From the NCBI GenBank assembly GCA_964016885.1, contig OZ024740.1:87234001-87298000 (forward strand): DNA of 64,000 bases, read 5' to 3'. The DNA comes from Eledone cirrhosa. Lineage: Eukaryota. Every line of letters begins with the position of its first letter. Within the stretch, counting starts at the first letter, position 1. Both the position numbers and the translations under genes were made by a program. Positions 1 through 12,224 of this stretch are shown here, in pieces. The notes beneath the pieces are model-generated. The model did not search any database. It was not told where the DNA came from and saw nothing but the letters and a program-made list of their open reading frames with translations.

Positions 1-220
1 ACACATATAACACACACCCATATATAAAACATACACACACATATAACACAAACACACATATATAACACACACATGCACACACACACACACACACAAAACA
101 CACATATAACACACATATAATACACACACACACACGCATACACACGCATACACACACATATAACACACACACATGCATACACACACATATAACACACACA
201 CACACATATATATATATATT
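1..220. repeat. (CA)n/(ACAT)n/(TA)n compound microsatellite
   Basis: Visible acacacac/catata repeats ending in (TA)n. Confidence 0.95.
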
Positions 221-552
221 ATATCCTCAGCGCAAGTGAGTTGGTTAAAACACCAAAAGCCAGTCTTAAAGTTGTCGTCTGTAAATTCAAAGAACTCGGC
301 TGTGTCTGGCTAGATCTCCATGGTAACTACTCCAAGGTAGCGCGTGTCATGGCTGGGAACGCAGGTGTCACGTGCTGGCCTAGAACGCTGGTTGTTGGAA
401 TCAGTGGTCGACGACATAACATATATATTATATGTGTGTGGAATAGTATAAATATTTCTTCATATTTACTAACATATATATATATATTATATATACATAC
501 ATTATATATATATTATTAATATATTACATACGTACATTTATTTATATATATA

Positions 553-630
553 TATATTTATTAAAATAAAAGATTAAAGTTTAAGCAAAGAATCGCTGCT
601 CTCACCCTTAACGGGATCTTCTGAAACTAA

Positions 631-675
<45 letters not shown>

Positions 676-835
676 ATAATAATAAATTCGAAGACTAAAA
701 TCCAAAGAGGGCTCGATAAGGATAAATATATATCAAATATATAAGAACCGTAGAGCAAATATTTATTAAAATGAAAGCAGGGTGAAAGCAGCGATTCTAT
801 GCTTAAACTTTAATCTGTTATTTTAATAAATATAT
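553..835. mobile_element. Fragments of a hammerhead-bearing Penelope-like pLTR-type repeat (family B), in inverted orientation around a (TA)n tract
   Basis: 553-600 is the reverse complement of ~787-835; 672-772 recurs nearly identically at 15821-15920; element sense shows hammerhead, AATAAA, short tail, then (TA)n. Confidence 0.5.
578..628 (-). ncRNA. Type I hammerhead ribozyme motif, degenerate copy (family B)
   Basis: Minus strand reads agttt-CAGAAGA-t-ccc-gttaa-ggg-t-GAGA-gca-gcgattctt-tgc-TT-aaact: stem I agttt/aaact, stem II ccc/ggg, stem III A-gca/tgc-T. Two core substitutions (U4>A, A14>G); the sibling fragment at 779-809 (+) keeps GAAA. Confidence 0.6.
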
Positions 836-845
836 ATATATATAA

Positions 846-1898
846 AATCAGCAGTGGGGGAGGGTGCTCTGAAAGTACAGTAGCTAGAGTCAGAACTGGA
901 TGGAAAAAGTTCAGAGAGCTTATACCACTATTAGCCGCTAGAGGGTTCTCCCTAAAAATGAAAGGCAGGTTATACGATGCCTGCATACGAACAGCAATGC
1001 TGCATGGCAGTGAGACCTGGGCATTGTGTGCAGAGGATATACGCAGACTAGAGAGGAATGAAGCTTGCATGCTCCGCTGGATGTGCAATAGTAATATATG
1101 TGAACGGCAAAGCATAAACGAACTAAGGAAAAAATTAGAAATAAGAGGGATCAGATGTTGTTTACTCGAGAGAAGGCTACGTTGGTACGGTCACGTGATG
1201 CGCATGAAAGACGACAGCTGTATAACAAAGTGCAGGGCAATAAAGATAGACGGTAGCCACGGAGTAGGCAGACCCAGAAAAACATGGGATGAGCTGATAA
1301 ATTCCGACCTCACACGCTTACACCTCTCCAAGACAATGTCACTGGACCGAGACCTTTGGTGGTACTCAGTAATAGAGAAGACCCGCCTTACCTAAATACA
1401 AAGTAAAAACCTACTACAGTCAGTAGGCATCTCTATCAAAACACCCCCCCGTCCCACCACCTCCAACCCATCCACACCGCCCCTTTCAATGTACAGTTAT
1501 GTTGGTCCCACAACATCCAGGCCGAAACAAATGAGATCGTGTAGGTGTCACGACAAAAAAACACACAGTCCACGCTGTAAATGTGGCCGTGTAGGCAACA
1601 CGGTAAAAACCTCCCAGCCCCACACTGTAAATGTGGTTGGTGTTAGGAAGGGCATCCAGCTGTAGAAAACCCGCCAGACAGTCCACGCTGTAATGTGGCC
1701 GTGTAGGCAACACGGTAAAAACCTCCCAGCCCCACACTGTAAATGTGGTTGGTGTTAGGAAGGGCATCCAACTGTAGAAAACCCGCCAGACAGTCCTATG
1801 CGAGCAAGACAACCACTCTTGCCTCAAGTGGGAAAACCCCCGTCCAAACCCATGCAAGCGTGGAACACGGACGCTAAACCTGATGATGATGATGATGA
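846..1898 (+). mobile_element. RTE-clade LINE, 5'-truncated (ORF2 C-terminus, 3'UTR, (GAT)n tail)
   Basis: ORF 958-1395 KGRLYDACIRTAMLHGSETW...RRLRWYGHVMRM...GRPRKTW is the RTE ORF2 C-terminus; 3'UTR with 113-bp tandem duplication; tgatgatgat tail. Confidence 0.92.
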
Positions 1899-1959
1899 TA
1901 TATATATATATATATATATATATTCCTGGTGATTTCTCAAGAATGAAACAGTTCTAGTC

Positions 1960-2000
1960 TATATATATATATTTCACACACGGAAATGTATATATATTTC

Positions 2001-2045
<45 letters not shown>

Positions 2046-2292
2046 CACACACAGAAATGTATATATATTTCTGTGTGTATATATATATATTACACACGCA
2101 GAAATGTATATATATTTCTGTGTGTATATATATAGATTTCTGTGTGTGTATATATATATATATATTACACACACAGAAATGTATATATATTTCTGTGTGT
2201 ATATATATATATTACACACACAGAAATGTATATATATTTCTGTGTATGTATATATATATATATTACACACACAGAAATGTATATATATTTTT
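1960..2292. repeat. Palindromic minisatellite (~45-50 bp unit)
   Basis: Unit acacacagaaat-gtatatat-atttctgtgtgt separated by (TA)n, roughly seven copies. Confidence 0.9.
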
Positions 2293-2404
2293 TAGAACAA
2301 AATTATTATTAATGTTTTGCTGTTCATAACAATTGGAATTGAAAAATTACTTTTGAAATTATTAGTTATTTTACTAATGCTTAGATATGTAAAAATGAAG
2401 CAAT

Positions 2405-2594
2405 GTTTCTAATAATTGTTTCTACTTTTGGCACAAGGCCAGCAATTACCCAGTACATTACTGGTACTTTATTTTATCGACCCCGTGAGGATGAAAGGCA
2501 AAGTTAACCTCGGCGGTATTTGAACTCAGACCGTAAAAGGACGTAACTCCATGCTATGAAGCATGGTGTCCGACTCTCTACAGATTCTGCCAAT
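2405..2594 (-). mobile_element. tRNA-derived SINE (family with GCCTTTCATCC...GTCGATAAAATAA...GTACCAG core)
   Basis: Minus strand has B-box-like gagttcaaatacc followed by ttgcctttcatcctcacggggtcgataaaataaaagtaccag; sibling copies at 24340-24760, degenerate ones near 4895, 7080 and 62310. Confidence 0.75.
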
Positions 2595-2639
2595 CTACCG
2601 CCCTAATGTCTGTACGTAATGAGGGAGTGAGAGGGGAGA

Positions 2640-2916
2640 GAAAGAAAGGCAGAGGTGAAGTGACAAAGTGACTCTCTCCTCCTCCTCCATCTCCCCATTC
2701 GTCACAGCGATAGAGGGGAGGAATGTTAGTGTGTTAGAAAGAGAAAGAGTGAGAGTGAGAGAAACAGACAGACTAAAAGAGAGGGATAGCTGGAGAGAGA
2801 GAGATAGCAACCACGCGCGCACGTGTTTCCACTATCGGACAGACAGACAGAGAAATTGCTTGTTATATATTATAAGGAGATAGCAGAAAACCACCCGGTG
2901 GGCGGTTTTCTGCTAG
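2640..2916 (-). mobile_element. Helitron-like non-autonomous element 5' region plus terminal hairpin
   Basis: Minus strand a|TCtccttataatatataacaagcaatttctctgtctgtctgtccg resembles Helitron 5' termini; adjacent 16-bp-stem hairpin ending in CTAG at 2881-2916; sibling at 3400-3597. Confidence 0.55.
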
Positions 2917-3399
2917 CAAATCTAGTGTATATACTGAAATTTTAATCATACCATTAGGTGTGAATAAGGAAATATTTTTTTATTGTCAAAACAAATGTTC
3001 AAAAGTTAAACTTCAATTTTTTTAATTATTTCCAATTTTTTCATGAAATTGAACACTGGACATTGGCTGCTGGAAATGGAAATTAAATCGTATTTAATTG
3101 TATTTAAATTTCTAACCTTATTTTATTATTTATATTTTTTCAATAAGAAATAAAAAAAAAACAACAAAAAAAATTGAAGAAAAAAATTGAACAAATCAAA
3201 CGTAGGTTATGGAACTGCACAATCTGATTAATAAATTACCTCATCAGCAGCAACCTTCTTCAAATGGTCCTTATTATCAGCAGCAACAACCACAAATTCA
3301 ATGGCAACCTTCTTCAAATGGTGTCAAGTCAGAACCGCCTCGAACTGGTTACTTCTGGCTTGTGCAAGGTGTCTCTATAGCAACCAGCGATTCCCTCGG

Positions 3400-3597
3400 C
3401 CTCAGTGACCAAAGTCAGTGGAGAGGAGAAGGTAATGTTTCTATAGCACGCGTTTTAGCGTCTATTCACTCTCTCTATCTCCCACTCCCCCTGTCTCGTA
3501 GTCTGTCTCTTTCTTTCACTCTCACTCTCTCTCTATGCACGTGTTTCCACTGTCGGACAGACAGACAGAGAAATTGCTGGTTATATATATAAGTAGA
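3400..3597 (-). mobile_element. Helitron-like non-autonomous element, second copy
   Basis: a|TCtacttatatatataaccagcaatttctctgtctgtctgtccg, same 5' terminus as 2820-2880. Confidence 0.55.
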
Positions 3598-3879
3598 TAT
3601 CACACTGAATAATGATAGTCAAGATTTCAATATTCAATCACTTTTAGATTTAGAATGAATGAACAAATAGATTATTGTCTTTGTAGGAAGAAATATCCTG
3701 TTTCAAAACTAAACTGAAAACGTTTATCTATCATTGAGAAAGATATGTGTGTTGCAGACCTTCACAGTGAGAAGAAATAATACAGAGTTTTACGGAGAAC
3801 GTATCTCAGTCATACATACACTGTTTACTATAAGGAACACGGCTTGAATTTTAAACACACACAAAGTTTACTAGGATAT

Positions 3880-4330
3880 TATACAACCAGTGTTAGTGCC
3901 ATAATAAAATACACCCATTGCACTCTGTAAGGTGGTAGTGGTGGTGCCATGAAAAAAAAAAAAAAAAATAAAACAATGGACATCATCATCATTTAACATC
4001 TATTTTTCCATGCCAGCATGGGTTAGACAAGTTGTCCCATTGTGAGATAAGCCAGATCAGCTGACCATGTCTTGATCATACAGAACTTTTTCTGGCTTGG
4101 TTTCTACAGTTGGATGCCCTACCTAAAGGCAACCACATTTACAGAGTGGACTGAATGCTTTTTGTTGTGACACCTACACGACCCATGATAATATGCACCC
4201 AATTTACTCTAAGAAGTGAGTGTCAGTGATAAAATCTAAAAAGTGGTAGTGCCATGATAAAATGCACCCATTAGAGTCTGTAAAGTGGCAATGCTGATAC
4301 TGTGATAAATGCATCCAGTACACTCTTTAA
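3880..4330. mobile_element. Degenerate RTE 3'UTR-derived repeats
   Basis: catcatcat tail and ggatgccct..aggcaaccacatttacagagtg on minus (3980-4190); ~55-bp repeats gtgccatgataaaatgcaccca...ctctgtaaagtgg on plus. Confidence 0.6.
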
Positions 4331-6954
4331 AATAAATAGTAGATGTAGGAATTGAAAAGTATCTTTACTAATATTTTTTTAATCTGCTTTGATATCTAAA
4401 TTTTTATTGATCAATCAAATATAAGAGACAGACATGTAACATTATATGAATTCACAAGTAATACATTGAACCATTTTAAATACTATTTTCTATAGATCAA
4501 TTGTTAACAATCTTTAACTATATGCCAAAGAACCTCTAATCAAATTCAAATATAACCGATTACAATCTTCCTAATAAGAGATGGTATTTGTAGTTAGATC
4601 TGGTTAAAATTAGATTTTGTTATAGTACCTCTATTTCCCTAATGACACAATATGAATATAAGAGGTATTTCTGAACCTGTAATATATCAGGTTGCAGTTT
4701 AGATTCTTAAGCAGTCAATGTTGCTGTTATGGCTCATATCATGTAAGTTTAGCTGGCTTTCTATGAGGTTGCATTATTATCAATTTATTAGTTGTTATAA
4801 TGATAGGGTCTACAGTCACCATTTTTCCAGTGAGAGGAGATAGAATGGATGGAATTGAAACAAATACCATAAGGAATCTGATGTTCTGCCATGGAGTCGT
4901 ACTTTATGCAGTGACTACAAGATGAAAGACAAAGTTGAGCTTAGTAGGATTTAAATTCAGATTGCAGATACCAGAACAGATACTTCAAAGCATTTAATCC
5001 AATGCAAGATTTGAATTCCTGCCTTGTATTAGTGATGACACTGAGTGCCTCAGTCAATGAAATTGTTGTAGTCTAATCTTCAACAGGATTCAAACTTCTG
5101 TAGGCGTGTGCTAAAAACTATCAAAACAAGAAAAGAAAAAAAAGGCAATAAAAATGGTTGTTAATGCATGTTCTCTCCTACAGATATGATCACGTATTTT
5201 GTTGCAGTACAATTAGTCACATTATCAATAACATAGTTAACCTAGAAAACTTTAATCTTATAAAGAAATAACAAAAATAACACCCCATCCTTTGAAGATT
5301 AGGAACATTGAAGTCAGATAACATATTCTAACAGTAACTTGCACTATTATATCAGCAACATTTTTAATGACATCCATGCACAATGTGGTTAAGAAGTTCA
5401 TTTCACAAGCATGTGGCTTTGAATTCATTCCCACTGCCTGGCATGCCATGTGTATACACACATATACATATACACACATACATACATAGACACATACAGA
5501 AATAAGCATGAAAATAATACTTTGTGTAATTGTTTTACATGATTTTACTTTTTTTAACCCTGAACTATGTGTGTATTTATGTGTCAGGTCGCTCTTCAGT
5601 GCTACTGGTAACATGTAACCCAGTACAATCTGCGCATGGTTGAGTTATCAGCAACTAAACTGGCAACCACACCTAGCTTGCTTGGTTGGTGAGGAGGGTG
5701 ATTTTGGACACCCTGCGGGATGAAAAGCAAATCCAGTCAAGGGGCAGTGGAACTCAGGAGAGTCAACGACCATCCAATCATTTTTTTTTTTTTTGTGGAG
5801 CAAGACTCCTAATCGTCATTAAGACATCTCTCCATCTCTCTATGAGAAGGTCACTCTGATATAAGACCTGCATCTTCATTTGCATCCAATGATATAGACC
5901 AGTTCTTCTCTTTGGGCAAATGCATTCGATGTTCAGAGAGTGGGATTGGCACGATGCAAAGCCTTTGTTTATTTAAAAAAACTCCAAGCACAGGCATTGT
6001 TTGATATGTAACATTTTTGTGGTGCGTGGTAGTGCTGGCCATAGGCAAGTCCCTAGCTGGACTAAAAAAACCCCATCCATGATGCTCATGCTTAAGTATC
6101 AAATGATGGCATTACTTGAAATCGAGTTGCAGCCCTCATCATGTATGTATGTGTAAAGGCATATGTGTTTGCCAGCTTACTGATGATTTATTGATAATAC
6201 TTATTGACACAGTATAGCATTTCAACAAAGATTAGCAATACTTGTAATATGTTGGTTGTCATCAAGAAGATCATCCTGCCATAGAGACTCTGCCTCAAAT
6301 GATAGTATATAAAAATGATGATGATTATTATTATTAATTCTTTTGTTTGTACTGACAATTAGAGAAACAATAAACAAAAACTTGTATATATTCTAACTAA
6401 AGCCTATTGCTATTGAACCTATTGAATGAAGACCCGTGTATTTATGGCATCTTCTTTGATAATAATGCAAATAGAAGCCATCTAAATGAGATGTATAAGA
6501 AATATTAGTTTGGAAAAATGTGTCATCAAACACAAACATCTTAAGATTTTAGCAGTTGAGATTTCTTTTAGCAGTAAATTGCTATTCTTGCTTAAAAGCA
6601 TTACTAGAGTGAAAAAGAATTATTTCTTTAATTTTGCTTTTCTCCTCATAGAAAATTTATTTTCTGACAATTAAACAATTACAGGCTTTAATCCAAAGTT
6701 TAGTTTTAACTAAAGTTAAATGTCCTAAAGTTTGTGTATTTTTTTGTAATTTAGTAAATTCTATTCAACATTTTAATAAAATTATGAAATTCTCATTAAC
6801 TATGGTCATCATTTGTAATTGAGGAAGACTTGGTAGCAGGCACCATGTTTTAGCACTAATGGTTTTAGGTGCCATGTCTATGTAAGCAGACAGACACCTT
6901 CTTGACCCTCCCATCTGTGATCCACCATGCTAGTGTGGAAAAATGTGATGATGA

Positions 6955-6972
6955 TGATAGAGAGGGAGAAAG

Positions 6973-7004
<32 letters not shown>

Positions 7005-7005
7005 C

Positions 7006-7052
<47 letters not shown>
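6955..7052. repeat. (GA)n/(GATA)n microsatellite following an RTE-type tail
   Basis: Visible repeats after ccatgctagtgtggaaaaatgtgatgatgatg. Confidence 0.9.
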
Positions 7053-7054
<2 letters not shown>

Positions 7055-8151
7055 GCATCAGTGTCGGGATGGTACATTAATGACATTGAAAGGATGGAAA
7101 GTAAAATTGGCCTAGGTGAGATGTGAACTTAGAGTGCAGAAAATCAGAGCAAATGTTGCAATGCATTCTATCTGCTGCTCGACCACCTCTATCACAGTAT
7201 CTTATGGGTTTAAACGTCTTTTTAAAAAAAAGAACAAACAAAAATATTGAGAAAGGTATTTGCTAGGAATTACAATTTTAGTCATAGTTTGAAAATTATA
7301 CGATGGCAGAAAAGCAGTTATATCATTATTCATGTATTTATTCCAACAGTCTGTCCTTATATGGGCAAATTATAAACAGTGCTGTCTATCTTTAAAATAA
7401 TTCAAATTTCTTTGAAATTAGCAATAGTTATGCCCATATAAATTCATCAACAGCGATATATTTCATGTTATCAAAGTTCAATGTTTCTTTGAAGTTTTTT
7501 TTTTTATTAGATTTTCTTCAAGGTGAATAATGTTTGTGATTCCCCCACTTTAGGAACTTAAGTTATAATCTAATGTTAAAATTATATTCATGTTCACTTT
7601 TGATATTCAACATTGATTTTTCATGAAAGTCAACAAAAATGTTAGATCTATAAGACCTTTTTCTTACTGTGAGTCAATATAGAATACGAAAAATAAATTA
7701 CAATTTAGCTGATGAGAATATATTTTGATGACTGATTACAGCTTGGTCTTCAAGGAAACGTCTATATAGTTACTTGACCTGTTAAAATAGTAGCTAAATC
7801 TCATTTAACTCAAACTTTGCCATCATCAGAAAATAAAGATATATTGGATTATGTAATCCTGGATAAATTATATTAAGAAAAAAAAAAGTATGAAATGACC
7901 AAGATTTGAATACGTTTGGTCATGTAGCAGATATTTGGCTAAAAATTAAAAATAACAACCACTTTAGATTGAATCAATTTTTAAAATTTTGTATATTAAT
8001 GTTACAGAAGTTTTAAAGATGAATAGTATCTTGTGTGTGGCTCTAATAAGTCTAGCAATCCATGGCTCTTTTACTAACACTGGAACAAAGTGAGAATATT
8101 TTGGGAGAAAGATTAATCGATTAAAATATCCCTAGTATTTTATAGGTACAT

Positions 8152-8253
8152 TATGAGGATTGGCTGAAGGGACTATGTTGAAAAATCAACTTCATTTGCT
8201 CTTTCCTTGAGAGTAACTTGGTCAGCCTATGAACTTTTCAGCTGAACCTTGTA
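8152..8253 (+). mobile_element. Mariner-derived MITE, internally deleted
   Basis: Ends gtcagcctatgaacttttcagctgaaccttgTA, matching TIR consensus TACAAGGGTTGGCTGAAAAGTTCATAGGCTGAC. Confidence 0.7.
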
Positions 8254-8624
8254 TATATGTGACCTTCTGATAAACAGACAAAACTTCAGAGTAATAAGAC
8301 TCACCATGTAGCCTTAATAAAATGAATATTAAAATTCTACTTCCATATTGAGTACACCTTTCTCTCAGACGTCAACCACACACACACACACACACAAACT
8401 TAGGAAAATCAACAAAGAGAGAAGACAACAAACGAAAACAAGGCAAAATGAAAAACAAATTTTTTAAGAGGAAACCTTAAAAAGATATTTTTGAAAATGA
8501 AATTACAAACGAAAGACACAGAACTCCATTGGGATGGACTTTGGCAGTTGCGACACCCTACCAACGGTACTGGTGATGTACCTCGGGTCACAGCGTTTGA
8601 CACACATACACATATATATATATA

Positions 8625-8818
8625 TATAAGGGTTGGCAGAAAGGCTAATAGGCTAACTATGAAGGAGTGATGCTAGTCATGTAAAATCATGACTGCAATT
8701 TCAACTTTTCTTATTAACTGTATTGTTTCTTTCCAGGACTATGTTGAAAAATAAACCTCATTTAGTCATTCAATGAGAATATCTTGGTCAGCTTATGAAC
8801 TTTCAGCCGACGCTTGTA
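8625..8818 (+). mobile_element. Mariner-derived MITE (~200 bp)
   Basis: Imperfect TIRs aagggttggcagaaag / ctttcagccgacgcttg flanked by TA; same internal sequence as 22721-22922. Confidence 0.75.
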
Positions 8819-9402
8819 TCTTGTCAATCCTGAAAGGGCGAAAGCCAGAATGAATGTTGCAAGTATTTTCTTCAACACTTAAACAATTCTGACAATACGC
8901 CATCCTTTTAAAAAAAAGACTAATAATAACTGCACTCAAATAAAAGCTACACCTCTACAAAGAAGACTTCCACAAATGAAATAATGCAAACAAATAAATA
9001 TTTGGAAGAGTAATAACTGAAACCATCAAGACAAAAATCAGTAGAGGAAGTGGGAGAGAAATCTTTTTCCTAATCATTTATTGGAATAATTATACTTTAT
9101 ACCTCAGAAATACTCAAGGAAAGAAACATACTTGATATTATGATATCTAATTACAAAACAATTCTATTTTCCTACATCATCAAATTTGCACTCTGGTATA
9201 TTTCGGTATTTGTTCAACATTAATATGGTAAGTACATTGAAAGCTATACTCCATTAAGGTTACAGCAAAACCCAGTTATATCCAGAGTCATCATCATCAT
9301 CATCATCATCATCGTTTAAGTCATCTTATGTAATTAATGGGAAGAAGGAAAATAATAATCATAGGCTAATATTTTTTCCACTGTGTGTGTGTGTGTGTGT
9401 GT

Positions 9403-10226
9403 ATCATCATCATCGTTTAACGTCTATCTTCCATGCTAGCATGGGTTTAGACGGGAATTGTCCCACTTGAGGCAAGATTGGTCGGGAGACCGTGTCTCGC
9501 TCGTATAGGAGTGTCTGGCAGGTTTTCTACGGTTGGATGCTCTTCCTAACACCAACCACATTTACAGTGTGGACTGGGAGGGTTTTACTGTGTTACCTAC
9601 ACAGTCATATTACAGTGTGGACTGTGTGTTTTTTGTTGTGACACCTATACAACCTTATTTATTTTGGACTGGATGTTGTGGTACCAACATAGCTTTACTG
9701 AGAGAGGGTGGTGTTGGTGGGAGTGGGGTGGGGTGGGGTAGTAGGGGTAGTGGGATGGGGGTGTATATTTGGTTAAGAGGTGCCTACTGATTATAGGTTT
9801 CGCTATGTACATAGGCAAGGTGGGTCTTCTGTATTACTGTGTAGTGCCAAAGATCTCGGTCCAGTGACATTGTCTTAGAGAGGTGTAAGTGTGTAAGGTC
9901 AGAATTTATCAAATCGTCCCAGGTTTTTCTGGGTCTACCTACTCTGTAACTTCCATCAATTTTGATCGCCCTGCACTTTTTTATACAGCTGTCGTCTTTC
10001 ATGTGCATCACGTGACCATACCAACGTAGTCTTCTCTCGAGTAAACAGCATCTGATTCCTCTTATTCCTAATTTCTCAGTTCATTTATGCTTTGCCGTTC
10101 GCATATATTACTATTACACATCCAACAGAGCATGCATGCTTCGTTCCTCTCCAGTCTGCGCAGGTCCTCTGCACACAATGCCCACGTCTCACGGCCATGT
10201 AACATTGCTGTTCGTATGCACGCATG
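9403..10226 (-). mobile_element. RTE-clade LINE 3' fragment
   Basis: MKDDSCIKKCRAIKIDG..GRPRKTWDDLINSDL; same subfamily as 846-1898; (CAT)n tail at 9403; 5' end breaks at a (TA)n tract. Confidence 0.9.
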
Positions 10227-10251
10227 ATATATATATACATATATATATATA

Positions 10252-11030
10252 TACAGGGTGTGTCAGTTTTTTGAGGACACCTTTTACTTGAGCCCTAACA
10301 TTTTTATTACTAATTCTTTTTTTTAAAGATAAATAATGGCAGACATTAAATTCACTCAGCAAATGAAAAGTCACACCGTAATCGTTACCTCAAAAGCACA
10401 GTATACTGATACAGCGACAGCTTCCTTCTTGAAAGTTGCCCAATCCTCTGTCATTCAAAGTTAGAAAGGATCTGGAAGCTGCTAGGGGGGATCCAACATC
10501 CAAAGCCAAGTGCAAAACACATGCACAAGGTCCTATTAAAATCAAAACGCCGAAGCTTGTAAATAAAGTTAAAAAATTAATCAATAAAACCACACGAAAG
10601 TCAATCAGAGCAATTGCAAAGAGCCTTAACTTTTCCTAATGCACCATGAAGACACCAATACAAGTTGTATGTAATGTGGAGAGGCCAATTTATGTCGGAT
10701 GAGACAAAAGAAAATTGTTTGGTCCATGCAAAATGCTTACTGAATAAGATAAAACATCAAGAAGCTGGAATGCTTTAGTTCTTTTCTGATGAGAAAAACT
10801 TTAATCAAAACCAAAAGATGAACTGAAGAAACAATAAATGGCTCTGCCGAACCCAAATGAGATTCCAACAGTCATGCACATCAAATTTCAAGTGATTTTG
10901 ATGGCTTTGGGTGTCATGAGCAGTGATGTCATGCTTCCGCATATTTTTCTCAGGGTTTAAGAGTCAATGCTACTGTCTAGAAAGAGATGTTGGAAACAGT
11001 TGTGAAGCCCTAGATATTCAGGGTAAGCAA
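10252..11030 (+). pseudogene. Tc1/mariner superfamily transposon fossil (DD37D/maT-like)
   Basis: TA + CAGGGTGTGTC terminus; disrupted transposase RKSIRAIAKSL, FFSDEKNFNQNQK, VMHIKF..VILMALGVMS, QGLRVNA..EMLETVVKP with stops; truncated before the second catalytic D. Confidence 0.75.
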
Positions 11031-11039
11031 CGTCCAGTG

Positions 11040-11295
11040 TTGATAGAGGTCATCTGATTCGGGCATGCCAATGCTTCAGACCCAGTATTGAAAGTACAAG
11101 ACTGGGTCTAATGTCTGTCCATCACAGAACCAACACCCAACTAAAGCTGGTACTTATTTTCAGCTGAGTGAGTAGGAACAACATGAAATGAAGTGTCTTG
11201 CTCAAGTAAATAGTGCATCATGCAGTCTAGGGATTGAACTCATAACTTTATAATAGTGAGACTTACATCCTAGCCACTAGGTCATACACCTTCAC
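11040..11295 (-). mobile_element. tRNA-derived SINE
   Basis: Minus strand gaaggtgtatgacctagtggctaggatg (A box)...gagttcaatccc (B box), then cttgagcaagacactt core and tcagctgaaaataagtaccagc. Confidence 0.75.
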
Positions 11296-12224
11296 AAGAC
11301 ATAATAAGGGTGACACCAAATTTGGATAATCATGATTTCTATCATGTACAAATTTTATCACATGCAAGATGAGGAAATATATTATGGTATTACAAATGTA
11401 GTGTGGACGTTATAAACAGCTGTTCAAAAGGAAATTTCAGAGTTGGATGTTTTTCTAATGTATATATTAGGTATTTGATAAAATTGAGAGGAAAAAAATA
11501 AAGAAGCTTTCTGGCTATATAAATAGCCAGAAAGACTTTAAGAAGATGCTTGATCTGCTCTATGTTAAAAGTCAAACCTTTATGTTAACAATAACAAGTT
11601 AGAAGTCAAAATTCTCTATGTTCACAATAAAGACAGTATGGAGATAGACTAGAAACCAAATAGCTTTTTAATTGGTTATTTCTACACAAAAGTTTAAGCA
11701 AAGAGGGTTCCAAACAGCAACACCATATTGGGTGTCAACTATAGTAGTCACCCATAGGTGGCTTCAAGTTTAAGGTTAGAGAACAGGATATTTGTATGGT
11801 CTTTCACACAATACAAAGGTGAAAATAATATGTGAAATTATGACGATGCAGTTCTTGTTATTTGATGGGAGTTTTTTCACCTAAATTCTAAAATTCATGC
11901 AATGTCTATGATTTCACTTATATTCCTTAGTTCTAGTAGGAACATTAAAACTTCAAAGAAATTCTTCACAAATACAGGGCCCATCATTTTGATAGCTATA
12001 GCGGAAATTGTGATAAGCTTGCCAGGTAATATAAAGATATATTTTGAATATTACTGAGTGTCAGTCATTAAAATAATAAAAAAAAGCAGCTGCAGCAAAC
12101 AAGAATGTAGCAAGCAATTGTATGTGATAAAAATGATTTTGAAGCCATGATATTAATCACTAATGCCTCACTGTCATTAAGATAGTGTCTGTTGTAATTG
12201 AAGATAAAGAAGACTTTTGAAGTC

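Noticed and set aside
218-235. CTGAGGA on the minus strand at the edge of a TA tract as a hammerhead half
   Set aside because: Only a 7-mer; no stem II or GAAA, so indistinguishable from chance.
1565-1795. 113-bp repeats (and the 55-bp repeats at 4190-4330) as a CRISPR-like array
   Set aside because: Head-to-tail duplications within the RTE 3'UTR, with no unique spacers and no cas genes.
3209-3592. Q-rich ORF MELHNLINKLPHQQQP as a host exon
   Set aside because: Contains a 19-bp direct repeat and runs into a Helitron-like repeat; no convincing splice context or domain.
5570-6140. Possible RTE/BovB 5'UTR and ORF start fragments in opposite orientations
   Set aside because: Only a PKRRTGL patch and general resemblance; too decayed to call.
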